A stretch of 37,032 nucleotides of DNA from Peptococcaceae bacterium (GCA_013336365.1 JAAXTT010000001.1:1-37032), one strand, 5' to 3'; positions 17,188 through 26,104 are shown, counted from the stretch's first letter. Numbers and translations are program-made. Notes: generated by a model from the letters alone, not told the origin.

Positions 17188-17487
17188 TTAATCTGCTATC
17201 TGCTCCAATAAAATCATTCGTGCTACCTTCCCTGAAGGTGTACGTGGAATTTTACAAAATATCACAGATGAGGGAATATTTTTACTGCCGGAATTTTCTA
17301 GGCAATAGTTAATTACAGTTTTTTCCTCAAGGATTGTCTCATCGTTTTCAGTTTCAACAAAGGCCTTTAATAAAACGCTACCTTCACCTTGGTCAATGCT
17401 TATCACAACAACATCTATAACTCCATCAAGCTGGCCGATCAATATTTCCAGCTCTCTTACTTCCAAATTAATATCGGTATCTACCAT
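17188..17487 (-). CDS. Stand-alone 99-aa protein matching only the C-terminal subdomain of ANL adenylate-forming enzymes (AMP-binding_C)
   Basis: The pattern matches the ANL C-terminal subdomain, including the catalytic-Lys motif: ...VIDVVVISIDQGEGSVLLKAFV...YCLENSGSKNIPSSVIFCKIPRTPSGKVARMIL. ATG 17487 lies 8 nt after GGAGG. The upstream 68 codons of the 167-aa ORF-track call show no ANL core similarity. Confidence 0.6.
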   Translation of the reverse strand: MVDTDINLEVRELEILIGQLDGVIDVVVISIDQGEGSVLLKAFVETENDETILEEKTVINYCLENSGSKNIPSSVIFCKIPRTPSGKVARMILLEQIAD

Positions 17488-17568
17488 GGTTTTAACCTCC
17501 AATGAAATATATTTAACAATCTGATCACATCTGAATTGTAAATTTGTAGCCAAAACATAATTTAGTAC

Positions 17569-17597
17569 ATTATATAAAATTGGCTGGCAATCTCCAA
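17569..17597 (-). promoter_or_regulatory. Candidate sigma-A promoter for the ANL C-terminal-domain gene
   Basis: On the - strand: TTGGAG - 17 nt - TATAAT. Confidence 0.5.
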
Positions 17598-17700
17598 CTA
17601 AATTTCGCTGAGAGGTTGATAAAAGCAATTTATTGGTATCATATAAAGGCGGAGTGAATAATAATAGCTTAGGCAAGCTGGAAATATTCAAATAAACCTA

Positions 17701-17739
17701 ATATAATTAATGTGAGCTTAGAGATATAATTAATGTGAG
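17701..17739 (+). repeat. Perfect 16-nt direct repeat ATATAATTAATGTGAG x2 (period 23 nt) upstream of the kinase gene
   Basis: Copies lie at 17701-17716 and 17724-17739. Each contains a TATAAT hexamer. The second copy overlaps the SD (GAGGTGG). Confidence 0.9.
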
Positions 17740-17749
17740 GTGGACAAAA

Positions 17750-19597
17750 TTGACATCTGCAGATAATCAGAAAAATGGTAATAATCTGATTAGAATAAAT
17801 GTTATTAACTCAGGTGAGTATGATTTTTACAAAGGCTCCAGAGCTATTGAGGCTATTAAATATTATTCAGGTTCTAAAATCAATATGATAGTAGCAGTGA
17901 GAATCAACAATTCCTTGGAAGATCTTCAAACCAAGATAACTGAGGACAGTACTGTTGAATTTGTGGATTTGGAAAGTGAGGATGGCAAAAGAATATATCA
18001 AAGTGGGCTTATTTTGGTTTTAAACAGAGCTGTTCAGGATATTTTGCCGGGATCGAATGTTATTATTGAGCACTCCCTTTCCAACGCAATATATGGCGAG
18101 ATAAGAAGTTTCAAAGCAATAAAAGAAAAGGATATAGCACATATTGAAAACAGAATGAAATTAATTATTGATGGTGGGGGAAGAATTACAAGAGCTGTAA
18201 TGATTAGGGATGAAGCCATAAGGTTTTTTAAGAATAAGGCCCGCAGTGAAAAGTTTTATAAGGACAAGGTTGATTTGCTTTCCTATTGGGGCTCTGATCC
18301 TGTAGAGATAGTTGGTATAGGCGATTACTATGATTATTCTTTAGGGCCGGTTATTCCCAGTCTAAGTATATTAAAAGTGTTCAGACTTAGATTGTATTTG
18401 CCGGGATTTATTATTGAAATGCCAAGAAAAGAAGACCCCCTTAATCTTCCTATTTATGAGGAGCAAGGCAAGCTGTCGACTGTTTTTTATGAGGCGGGCA
18501 AATGGAGAAAAATATTAAAGGTAAGCAGTTCAGTGGCCTTGAACCATAGATTAGCCAGTGAGTCACCGGGTGAGTTTATCAGAGTTGTTGAGGCTTTTCA
18601 GGAGAAAAAAATAAATCAGTTATCTGATGAAATAAGTAAGAATATTGATCGGATAAGGATAATCCTTATTGCAGGACCCTCCTCATCAGGGAAGACTACC
18701 TTTGCCAAGAGATTGAGCACCTATTTAAAGGTAAATGGCATAAATCCGGTTTCAATATCCCTTGATGACTACTTTTTAGACAGGGAGCACACACCAAAGG
18801 ATGAGAAAGGGGAATATGATTTCGAGAGCTTGGAAGCCTTTGACAGCCCGTTGTTTAATGAGCACCTGAACAAGCTGATTCAGGGAGAGGAAATAGAGAT
18901 TCCCAATTATAATTTTATTACCGGCAAGAGACAGTATACAGGCAATAAGTTTACTTTGGATAAGAATGATCTCATTATTGTGGAGGGTATTCATGGTATC
19001 AATGATGCAATAACCAGCTCTATTCCAAAAGGAAGAAAGTATAAAATTTATATCAGTGCACTGACTCATTTGAACCTTGATTTCAGCAACCGGATACAGA
19101 CTACAGATCTTCGTCTATTGAGGAGAATTGTAAGAGATAATAACTTCAGGGGGTTTAATGCAGAGAGAACATTAAAAATATGGCCCTCAGTAAGAAGAGG
19201 CGAGGAAAAGCATATCTTTCCCTTTCAAGAGAATGCCGATATGATGTTTAATTCTTCACTGATTTATGAGCTTTCAGTTTTGAAGGGCTATGTGGAGCCC
19301 TTGCTTGAGGAAATAACCCGTGATAAGCCCCAATATTCTGAGGCAAGGAGATTATTAAGAATACTGAGTTTTTTTGATAAGCTTGACAGCTCGGAAGTCC
19401 CTGCCAATTCAATTCTAAGAGAATATATCGGCGACAGCTGTTTCTATCCGGAATTCAAGGAAAATGAAATAGCCAAGGGTATAGATAAGCCATTAGAAGC
19501 TGTTGTTGGGATTTCAGGACATAAGCACAGTGAAAAAATAAAAATATTGGAGCATATTACAGATTGGGTGGATGTGCTTATGCCTCCGAGATTCTGA
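17750..19597 (+). CDS. Uridine kinase / phosphoribulokinase-family nucleoside kinase with an N-terminal ThrRS-like (TGS-type) extension
   Basis: P-loop IAGPSSSGKTTFAKRL, then the PRK/Udk-family core (IIVEGIHG, YISALT). TTG 17750 lies 6 nt after GAGGTGG. The ORF-track GTG 17735 sits at the 5' edge of the SD, overlapping it by 1 nt. Confidence 0.8.
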   Translation: MTSADNQKNGNNLIRINVINSGEYDFYKGSRAIEAIKYYSGSKINMIVAVRINNSLEDLQTKITEDSTVEFVDLESEDGKRIYQSGLILVLNRAVQDILPGSNVIIEHSLSNAIYGEIRSFKAIKEKDIAHIENRMKLIIDGGGRITRAVMIRDEAIRFFKNKARSEKFYKDKVDLLSYWGSDPVEIVGIGDYYDYSLGPVIPSLSILKVFRLRLYLPGFIIEMPRKEDPLNLPIYEEQGKLSTVFYEAGKWRKILKVSSSVALNHRLASESPGEFIRVVEAFQEKKINQLSDEISKNIDRIRIILIAGPSSSGKTTFAKRLSTYLKVNGINPVSISLDDYFLDREHTPKDEKGEYDFESLEAFDSPLFNEHLNKLIQGEEIEIPNYNFITGKRQYTGNKFTLDKNDLIIVEGIHGINDAITSSIPKGRKYKIYISALTHLNLDFSNRIQTTDLRLLRRIVRDNNFRGFNAERTLKIWPSVRRGEEKHIFPFQENADMMFNSSLIYELSVLKGYVEPLLEEITRDKPQYSEARRLLRILSFFDKLDSSEVPANSILREYIGDSCFYPEFKENEIAKGIDKPLEAVVGISGHKHSEKIKILEHITDWVDVLMPPRF

Positions 19598-19603
19598 AAA
19601 ATA

Positions 19604-19819
19604 TCAGCTGGGAGTCATTATTTTCTTGATTGCATCTGAGGGACAGGCCCTAAAGCATTTGCCACAGCGAAGGCAATTAGAAATATTGATGGCATAATCG
19701 GCATTGTCATCCACATATACCGCATCATACTTGCATTCCAACTCACATGCACCACAGGCCATACAGCTATCGGAATCTATAAGGTAATGAAATTTGTATT
19801 TTCTTTGTTCGGTGGTCAT
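19604..19819 (-). CDS. 2x[4Fe-4S] ferredoxin-type protein (71 aa)
   Basis: Two CxxCxxCxxxC(P) motifs: CMACGACELEC and CLRCGKCFRACP. SD AAGGAG lies 7 nt upstream. Confidence 0.85.
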   Translation of the reverse strand: MTTEQRKYKFHYLIDSDSCMACGACELECKYDAVYVDDNADYAINISNCLRCGKCFRACPSDAIKKIMTPS

Positions 19820-19921
19820 ACTTATGCTCCTTTTTGTTGAGTATCTAAATTAATTATTTCTACGATATTTACAGAAATCCTTTTAATATTTTGATCTAGT
19901 CTGAAATGGGAGAGAATAACT

Positions 19922-20872
19922 ATGGAAAAAATAAAAGTTGCAGATCTTAAAAATGGTATGAAGATAATCTCCAGATATTTGCTGACAAGTAAGAAAATCA
20001 TTCCATTTAAAGGCAAACAAGGCTTTTTTCTCGCCTTGACCTTAGAGGATAGCAGTGGACAAATTGAGGCTAAAATATGGGACAGAGCTGAGGAGATAAA
20101 GGATACTATCAGTATTGGCAGTGTTTTGGAAGTAAAGGGCGAGGTTAGAGAGTATAATAGTTCTCTTCAGCTGAATATTTTGTCATTTAGGGTCTGTCTT
20201 GAGGAAGAATATATTTCCAGAGATTTTCTCCCGGTTTCCCCTAGGAATATTGACCAAATGACCAGTGAGCTTAGAGGAATCATCGATACAATTCAGGATA
20301 ACAATATTAAGAAGCTTGTTGATGATTTTTTCAATGATTCTGATTGGTTAAAGCGCTTTCAGACAGCTCCTGCAGCAAAGGCTAATCATCAGGCATATCT
20401 TGGGGGCTTACTGGAGCACACCCTGAACATAACTAAAGCAGCCTTGGAAATGGTGAAGCTTTATCCTGTTCTGGACAGAGATTTGATGATTATCGGATCT
20501 GTTTTTCATGATATAGGAAAGATATCTGAATATAGCTATGAAAAAACTATTGATTTTACAGATGAAGGCAGGCTTTTAGGGCATATTATTGTTGGAGTGA
20601 ATGAGGTTGACAAAAGAATAAGCAATATGGAAGTGCCTTTTCCCCAGGAACTTCGGCTAAAAATCCTACACATTATTACCAGCCATCATGGCCAGTATGA
20701 ATGGCAATCCCCTAAAAAACCAAAATTTATTGAGGCAGCGGCAATACATATTTTAGATAATTTTGATACCGTGATAGATATGTTTACGAAGATTAAAGAT
20801 GAGGAAAATACCGAGGACTCGGATTGGAGTCCCTGGGTTCGCAATCTGGAACGGAGAGTATATTTGAAATAG
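19922..20872 (+). CDS. yhaM: 3'-5' exoribonuclease YhaM-like (OB-fold plus HD domain)
   Basis: N-terminal OB-fold region, an HD domain (GGLLEHTL, FHDIGK) and HHGQYEW. Confidence 0.85.
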   Translation: MEKIKVADLKNGMKIISRYLLTSKKIIPFKGKQGFFLALTLEDSSGQIEAKIWDRAEEIKDTISIGSVLEVKGEVREYNSSLQLNILSFRVCLEEEYISRDFLPVSPRNIDQMTSELRGIIDTIQDNNIKKLVDDFFNDSDWLKRFQTAPAAKANHQAYLGGLLEHTLNITKAALEMVKLYPVLDRDLMIIGSVFHDIGKISEYSYEKTIDFTDEGRLLGHIIVGVNEVDKRISNMEVPFPQELRLKILHIITSHHGQYEWQSPKKPKFIEAAAIHILDNFDTVIDMFTKIKDEENTEDSDWSPWVRNLERRVYLK

Positions 20873-20914
20873 CTCTTACCCTTTTGTTGCATGAATGCAT
20901 TTATATGAAATTAT

Positions 20915-20965
20915 GATTAAGATTGGAGTCCTATTATCAATTAAGGTTAATCTTCAATTAAGATT
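20915..20965 (+). promoter_or_regulatory. Array of TTAAG(A/G)TT-like boxes upstream of the pst promoter; candidate PhoP/PhoB-type binding sites
   Basis: GATTAAGATT (20915), AATTAAGGTT (20939), AATTAAGATT (20956), plus an inverted near-copy at 20947-20956. The function is inferred only from the position upstream of pstS. Confidence 0.3.
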
Positions 20966-20977
20966 CGCATCTACTAA

Positions 20978-21006
20978 TTGACAGTAAAATAGCCTATTGC
21001 TATATT
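20978..21006 (+). promoter_or_regulatory. Candidate sigma-A promoter of the pst operon
   Basis: TTGACA - 17 nt - TATATT. Confidence 0.6.
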
Positions 21007-21049
21007 CAAAAAGGACTTAGAATTTTATATTTTGAGAGGAGAATTGTTT

Positions 21050-21967
21050 GTGAAAAGAATATTGTTAGTCCTAGCCTTGATTGTATTGGTTGCTGTATCG
21101 GTTATTGGCTGTGGAAACAGTGAGACTGCTTCCAAGCTGACCGGTGCTGTAAAAATTGATGGCTCGAGTACTGTATTCCCGATCACAGAGGCAGTTGCAG
21201 AGGAATTTAATAGAGAGAACCCTAAGGTTCAAGTTTCTGTCGGAGTATCCGGCACAGGTGGAGGCTTTAAAAAATTCGCAGCCGGTGAGACTGACATCAG
21301 TAATGCTTCCCGTTTAATTAAGGACTCAGAAAAAGACGCTGCCTTAAAGAACAATGTTGAGTATATTGAATTGGCAGTCGCCTATGATGGAATATCAATT
21401 GTGGTAAATAAGGAAAATACTTGGGTAGACAGTTTGACTGTAGATGAGCTTAAAAAGCTTTGGGAGCCCGGCAGCAAGGTGAATAAATGGAGTGATCTTC
21501 GTTCCAGTTGGCCGGATACAGAAATAAAGCTATATGGCCCGGGAACTGATTCAGGAACCTTTGATTATTTTACTGAAGAAATAAATGGAAAAGCTAAAGC
21601 AAGTCGGTCAGATTATACTCCCAGTGAGGATGATAATGTCTTGGTTAAGGGTATAGCTGCAGACAAAGGTGCTTTAGGCTATTTCGGATACTCCTACTAT
21701 CTTGAAAATAAAGATATTTTAAAAATAGTTCCCATTGATGCCGGCTCTGGAGCAGTTTCTCCGGATGCAACAACCATCAACAATGGAAGCTACAAGCCAT
21801 TGTCCCGTCCGTTATATATATATGTAAGCAAGGCAGCAATTGCCCGACCTGAGGTTAAGGAATTTGTAAACTTCTATTTGACCAATGGACCTGAAATTTT
21901 ACAGCAGATAGGATTTATAAAGCTGCCTGACAATCTCTATAGTGAGGGATTGGCTAAAATAAAATAG
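21050..21967 (+). CDS. pstS: Phosphate ABC transporter substrate-binding lipoprotein
   Basis: Signal peptide with lipobox VIGC, and PstS motifs GSSTVFP and SGTGGG. GTG 21050 lies 8 nt after AGGAG; the ORF-track TTG 21032 precedes the SD. Confidence 0.9.
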   Translation: MKRILLVLALIVLVAVSVIGCGNSETASKLTGAVKIDGSSTVFPITEAVAEEFNRENPKVQVSVGVSGTGGGFKKFAAGETDISNASRLIKDSEKDAALKNNVEYIELAVAYDGISIVVNKENTWVDSLTVDELKKLWEPGSKVNKWSDLRSSWPDTEIKLYGPGTDSGTFDYFTEEINGKAKASRSDYTPSEDDNVLVKGIAADKGALGYFGYSYYLENKDILKIVPIDAGSGAVSPDATTINNGSYKPLSRPLYIYVSKAAIARPEVKEFVNFYLTNGPEILQQIGFIKLPDNLYSEGLAKIK

Positions 21968-21983
21968 TGTGAGATAATATCAG

Positions 21984-22026
21984 GAAGTGCCCCTGGTACG
22001 TAATTAGGGGCACTTCTAATCTTTTT
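21984..22026 (+). terminator. Intra-operon hairpin (partial terminator or RNA-stability element) between pstS and pstC
   Basis: Perfect 11-bp GC-rich stem GAAGTGCCCCT / AGGGGCACTTC with an 11-nt loop, then TAATCTTTTT. Confidence 0.6.
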
Positions 22027-22041
22027 GGGAGTGGGCACAAA

Positions 22042-22959
22042 TTGATGAACATAAACACCTCTAATAGTGCTGTTAAGAAGACCAAAAATGGTTTTAACGC
22101 AGAGAAGATTGTTTATTATGGCTTGACCCTGTGTGCGCTTATTTCAGTTATTACAACGATAGCTATTGTAGTAACCCTATTGGTAGAGACATTTTCTTTT
22201 TTTAAAGAAGTAAGTATTTTTGAATTCTTGACCGGGAACAAATGGGCGCCTCTTTTTGAGCCTAAGCATTTTGGGATTTTACCGCTGCTTTCCGGCACTC
22301 TTATGGTAACAGTAATCTCCGGTGCCTTGGCTATTCCTACCGGTTTAGCCAGCGCTATATATTTAAGTGAATTTGCCTCAGAAAAAACCAGAAGAATTAT
22401 TAAGCCAACATTAGAGGTATTGGCAGGCATACCTACTGTAGTGTATGGTTTTTTTGCTATAACCTTTATTACTCCGATAATTAGGTACTTTTTTCCCGAG
22501 GCTGATTTTTTTAACGCTCTCAGTGCCAGTATTGTAATGGGTATTATGCTTATTCCTATGGTGTCCTCCCTAAGTGAGGATGCAATGGTGGCGGTTCCCA
22601 AGTCTTTGCGAGAGGCGGGCTTTGCTTTAGGGTCTACCAGACTAGAGGTGGCTACAAAGATCGTAGTTCCTGCGGCCTTTTCCGGAATTATCGCCTCATT
22701 TATTTTAGCCCTGTCAAGAGCTATAGGAGAAACCATGATTGTAGCCTTGGCAGCAGGTGCTTCGCCAAAGCTGACCCTAAATCCCTTGGAAAGTATCCAG
22801 ACCATGACCGGCTATATTGTTCAGGTCAGTCTGGGGGACACACCCTATGGCACTATAGAATATAAGACTATTTTCGCAGTAGGGATGAGCTTGTTTGTTA
22901 TAACGTTTATTATGAATATAATCAGTCAATATATTGTTAAACGGCACAGGGAGGGATAG
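22042..22959 (+). CDS. pstC: Phosphate ABC transporter permease PstC
   Basis: Multi-pass permease with the EAA-type loop ([15 protein letters not shown]). Second gene in the pstSCAB order. Confidence 0.9.
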   Translation: MMNINTSNSAVKKTKNGFNAEKIVYYGLTLCALISVITTIAIVVTLLVETFSFFKEVSIFEFLTGNKWAPLFEPKHFGILPLLSGTLMVTVISGALAIPTGLASAIYLSEFASEKTRRIIKPTLEVLAGIPTVVYGFFAITFITPIIRYFFPEADFFNALSASIVMGIMLIPMVSSLSEDAMVAVPKSLREAGFALGSTRLEVATKIVVPAAFSGIIASFILALSRAIGETMIVALAAGASPKLTLNPLESIQTMTGYIVQVSLGDTPYGTIEYKTIFAVGMSLFVITFIMNIISQYIVKRHREG

Positions 22960-22961
22960 TT

Positions 22962-23846
22962 TTGCCAGAAAAGGCGTTTTGTATTCAAAAGCATGACAGA
23001 AAACGACGAAATAAGGAAAAGATATTTCATTTTATCTTTTTCCTCACCAATGCTGTCAGCATCTTATTTTTAGCGGTGCTTTTGATACAGATTTTTATTG
23101 ACGGTTATAAGTGGCTTGATTGGCAGTTTTTAACCAGCTTTATGTCCCGATTCCCGGAAAGGGCCGGCATATTGCCGTCAATTTTGGGAACCATCTGGAT
23201 TATGATTTTAACCTTGGCAATATCGACAATTGTCGGCATCGGAACTGCAGTTTATATTGAAAACTTTGCTACCAAGAATTTTTTCACCTCGATAATTCAA
23301 ACCAATATATCCAATTTGGCCGGAGTACCCTCCATTGTCTACGGAATATTGGGACTTGCCGTATTTGTCAGACTTTTCGAACTGGGCAGAAGCATTCTTG
23401 CAGGCTCACTGACAATGACTCTATTGGTTTTGCCAATTATAATTATTGCATCTCAAGAAGCAATAAAAACAGTGCCTGAGAATCTTATCCATGCCTCCTA
23501 TGCACTTGGTGCAACAAAACTGCAAACAATAAGAAAGGTTATTTTGCCATATGCAATGCCGGGAATATTAACAGGTACTATTCTTGCCACCTCACGGGCC
23601 GTTGGAGAGGCAGCGCCTCTTATTACTGTGGGTGCATTAGCCTACGTGTCTTTTATACCCTTTTCACCCTTGGATAGCTTTACTGTCCTGCCAATTCAAA
23701 TTTTCAATTGGACCTCTCGACCCCAGGCTGATTTCCAAGGACTTGCAGCTGCAGGGATAATTGTATTACTGGCTGTTTTGCTTTCACTAAATGCTCTGGC
23801 CATTGTTCTTAGAAATAAGTATCAAAAACGGACAGAAGGACTATAA
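22962..23846 (+). CDS. pstA: Phosphate ABC transporter permease PstA
   Basis: Multi-pass permease with ASYALGATKLQTIRKVILP. SD GGGAGGG overlaps the pstC stop. Confidence 0.9.
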   Translation: MPEKAFCIQKHDRKRRNKEKIFHFIFFLTNAVSILFLAVLLIQIFIDGYKWLDWQFLTSFMSRFPERAGILPSILGTIWIMILTLAISTIVGIGTAVYIENFATKNFFTSIIQTNISNLAGVPSIVYGILGLAVFVRLFELGRSILAGSLTMTLLVLPIIIIASQEAIKTVPENLIHASYALGATKLQTIRKVILPYAMPGILTGTILATSRAVGEAAPLITVGALAYVSFIPFSPLDSFTVLPIQIFNWTSRPQADFQGLAAAGIIVLLAVLLSLNALAIVLRNKYQKRTEGL

Positions 23847-23885
23847 ACAAGTATTAGATACTTAATTTTGGGAGGATATAGACCA

Positions 23886-24644
23886 TTGGACAAAAATAAG
23901 ATGTATGCTAAAAATTTGAATTTTTATTATAAAAATTTCCAAGCTTTGAAAAATATCAATATTGATTTATTATCCAACAGGATTACTGCTTTGATTGGTC
24001 CATCCGGCTGTGGAAAATCAACTTTTTTGCGGACCTTGAATAGAATGAATGATCTTTTTGAGGGGGCCAGAATAGAAGGAACCATATGTTTAGATGAGAT
24101 GGATATAAATAGTCCGGAGGTTGATGTGGTTAACCTGAGGAAAAGGGTTGGTATGGTTTTTCAAAAACCAAATCCGTTCCCTATGTCAATATATGACAAT
24201 ATAGCTTATGGACCAAGAATTCACGGGATAAAAAGGAAACAAAAGTTGGATGAGATAGTTGAAAAAAGCTTGCATGATGCTGCCTTGTTGGATGAGGTCA
24301 AGGATAGGCTGAATATGTCTGCCTTGGGCTTATCCGGAGGACAACAGCAGCGCTTATGCATTGCTCGCGTACTGGCAGTTCAACCGGAGGTTCTCTTGAT
24401 GGATGAACCTACTTCTGCCTTGGACCCAATTGCTACATCAAAGATAGAAGAGCTGATTCAGGACTTGAAAAAAGATTATACAATTGTTATTGTTACTCAT
24501 AATATGCAGCAGGCTGCCCGGGCATCTGATTTTACAGGGTTCTTCTTAATGGGGGAACTGATAGAATATGGCGTGACAACGGATATCTTCACTACCCCAA
24601 GTGATCAGCGAACTGAGGATTATATTACAGGACGTTTTGGATAA
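23886..24644 (+). CDS. pstB: Phosphate ABC transporter ATP-binding protein
   Basis: Walker [10 protein letters not shown], signature LSGGQQQR and Walker B LLMDEP. TTG 23886 lies 9 nt after GGAGGA. The ORF-track TTG 23868 precedes and abuts the SD, and ATG 23901 is an alternative. Confidence 0.9.
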   Translation: MDKNKMYAKNLNFYYKNFQALKNINIDLLSNRITALIGPSGCGKSTFLRTLNRMNDLFEGARIEGTICLDEMDINSPEVDVVNLRKRVGMVFQKPNPFPMSIYDNIAYGPRIHGIKRKQKLDEIVEKSLHDAALLDEVKDRLNMSALGLSGGQQQRLCIARVLAVQPEVLLMDEPTSALDPIATSKIEELIQDLKKDYTIVIVTHNMQQAARASDFTGFFLMGELIEYGVTTDIFTTPSDQRTEDYITGRFG

Positions 24645-24670
24645 ATTAATGAGAATTGAGGGGATGCATT

Positions 24671-25321
24671 ATGGGCTCAAGAAATGCGTATGTTAATGAA
24701 ATCAGGGGGATTCAAAACAGTATTTTAAGGATGGGCAGTTTGGTTGAGCAATCAGTATATGATTCAGTTGTTGCCTTAATGAGTTCTGATACTGTGTCTG
24801 CTTCCCAGGTTATTCTTGGAGATGACCTTATTGATCAAATGTATGCGGAAATTGAAGAAAGATGCATAATATTGCTTGCAACTCAGCAGCCAATGGCAAA
24901 GGACCTGAGAATGATCTTTGCAGATATAAAGATACTTGTCAACCTGGAGCGTATGGCAGACTATGCTGTTGATATCGCTCAGGTTGTCACAGAGCTCAGG
25001 GGACATCCAATAGAGGCTAAGGCCTTTGAGTACATACCTGAGATGGCAGGCATTGTGCAGCTAATGATAAAGCGAGGATTGGATTCCTATAGCAGGGGGG
25101 ACATTGAAAAAGCAAAGGAAGTATGCCTGTTGGATGACAAGGTGGACCGACTCTTCGCGGACTCTTATAAATATCTTATCGAATCAATGAAATGTGATCC
25201 TAATGCAATAGTTCGTTCTCTTTTTGTTGGCCGATACTTGGAAAGAATTGCCGACCATGCAACCAATATAGGTGAAGAGGTTATCTTTATTGCAACAGGT
25301 CAAAGAGAAGAGCTTAACTAA
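24671..25321 (+). CDS. phoU: Phosphate signalling complex protein PhoU
   Basis: Two PhoU repeats with the E(R)xxD motifs (LERMADYAVDI and LERIADHATNI). ATG 24671 lies 6 nt after GAGGGGA. Confidence 0.9.
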   Translation: MGSRNAYVNEIRGIQNSILRMGSLVEQSVYDSVVALMSSDTVSASQVILGDDLIDQMYAEIEERCIILLATQQPMAKDLRMIFADIKILVNLERMADYAVDIAQVVTELRGHPIEAKAFEYIPEMAGIVQLMIKRGLDSYSRGDIEKAKEVCLLDDKVDRLFADSYKYLIESMKCDPNAIVRSLFVGRYLERIADHATNIGEEVIFIATGQREELN

Positions 25322-25337
25322 CCCGAAAAATAACTTC

Positions 25338-25679
25338 TTAATCCTTTAGTAGCATGCTTACAACAGAGTTGATAATCATCATTATTAAGGCAGAAATAAA
25401 GGCTATCCAAAAACCACTGATATCGAAGCCTTTTATTACTTCGCTTACTGTCCAGAGCATTAAACCGTTGATTACCAATGTGAATAGGCCGAGGGTTAAT
25501 ATATTAATCGGCAGGGTCAAGATTAGAAGTAAAGGTCTCAGCGTAGCATTTACCAGTCCAAGAATTATTGATCCAATAATGGCTGCAGCAAATGTTACCT
25601 CGAATCCCTCAATAAAATAGGCGGTAACAAGAATTCCTGCAATATTTAATCCCCAACGCAGTAACATATTTTTTCCCAA
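25338..25679 (-). CDS. DUF360 / 'phage holin family 4' small membrane protein (YvlD-like)
   Basis: Four TM segments with family-typical LRPLLLILTLPINILTLGLFTLVINGLMLW. TTG 25679 lies 6 nt after GGAGGG (ATG 25667 is an alternative). The ORF-track start 25739 lacks an SD. Confidence 0.8.
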   Translation of the reverse strand: MGKNMLLRWGLNIAGILVTAYFIEGFEVTFAAAIIGSIILGLVNATLRPLLLILTLPINILTLGLFTLVINGLMLWTVSEVIKGFDISGFWIAFISALIMMIINSVVSMLLKD

Positions 25680-25759
25680 GACAATCCCTCCGGCAATTTT
25701 ATTCAACCTAATTTTTTCATGAAACATCAGCTCTGTCAATCACCATGAATTAATAACAT

Positions 25760-25794
25760 AAAAAAAGCCTCCTCAATAATATATTAAGGGGCTT
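25760..25794 (-). terminator. Intrinsic terminator after the 47-aa ORF
   Basis: On the - strand: AAGCCCCTT ... GAGGAGGCTT stem with one mismatch, followed by TTTTTTT. Confidence 0.65.
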
Positions 25795-25840
25795 ATTTTA
25801 TAAGATGATAAATATTGTCATTTCACTTATTATAAGCTTT

Positions 25841-25984
25841 TTAGACAATCTGATACACATCCTTCCCGATTTTCTCACTGATGGGTTTTTTCACCAGATC
25901 ATTTTTCGTCATCCATTCAACATTTCTGGATACTAGAATATAACCCAGCACCGGATTAGTTGAAAAGGTAAGCAGTGTTTTCAT
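25841..25984 (-). CDS. Unannotated 47-aa ORF, MKTLLTFSTNPVLGYILVSRNVEWMTKNDLVKKPISEKIGKDVYQIV; function unknown
   Basis: ATG lies 8 nt after AAAGGAGG. A candidate promoter (TTGTTA-18-TATAAT) is upstream and its own terminator is downstream. It is below the ORF-track cutoff. Confidence 0.45.
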   Translation of the reverse strand: MKTLLTFSTNPVLGYILVSRNVEWMTKNDLVKKPISEKIGKDVYQIV

Positions 25985-26104
25985 TAATTATCCTCCTTTC
26001 TTAGTTATTCGCCTTGATATTCTTATATTACCTCAAGAACATCAAGATACTGTTTGTTTTTTATTATATTTATATTTAAAAAACATTAACAATTGGGCAT
26101 AAAA

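Noticed and set aside
17103-17312. 69-aa + strand ORF immediately after pheA.
   Set aside because: It starts inside the pheA terminator region, overlaps the ANL C-terminal-domain gene on the other strand, and has no SD and no recognisable motifs.
17488-17691. The upstream 68 codons of the 167-aa ORF-track call on the - strand.
   Set aside because: This stretch shows no ANL-core similarity. It contains a TTGGAG-17-TATAAT promoter and the canonical GGAGG-8 nt-ATG at 17487, so it is better read as promoter and 5' UTR.
22116-22805. 229-aa ORF on the - strand opposite pstC. Similar antisense ORFs include 11363-11827, 27541-27966, 13837-14154, 35990-36358 and 30461-30865.
   Set aside because: Each lies entirely antisense to a gene with clear family motifs. 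None has an SD or a recognisable motif, and their composition is typical of shadow ORFs in AT-rich DNA.
25338-25739. 'Phage holin family' protein as a sign of a prophage or lysis cassette.
   Set aside because: No endolysin, integrase, or capsid or tail genes are nearby. The family (DUF360/YvlD-like) occurs widely as a housekeeping membrane protein. The neighbours are phoU and a tRNA.
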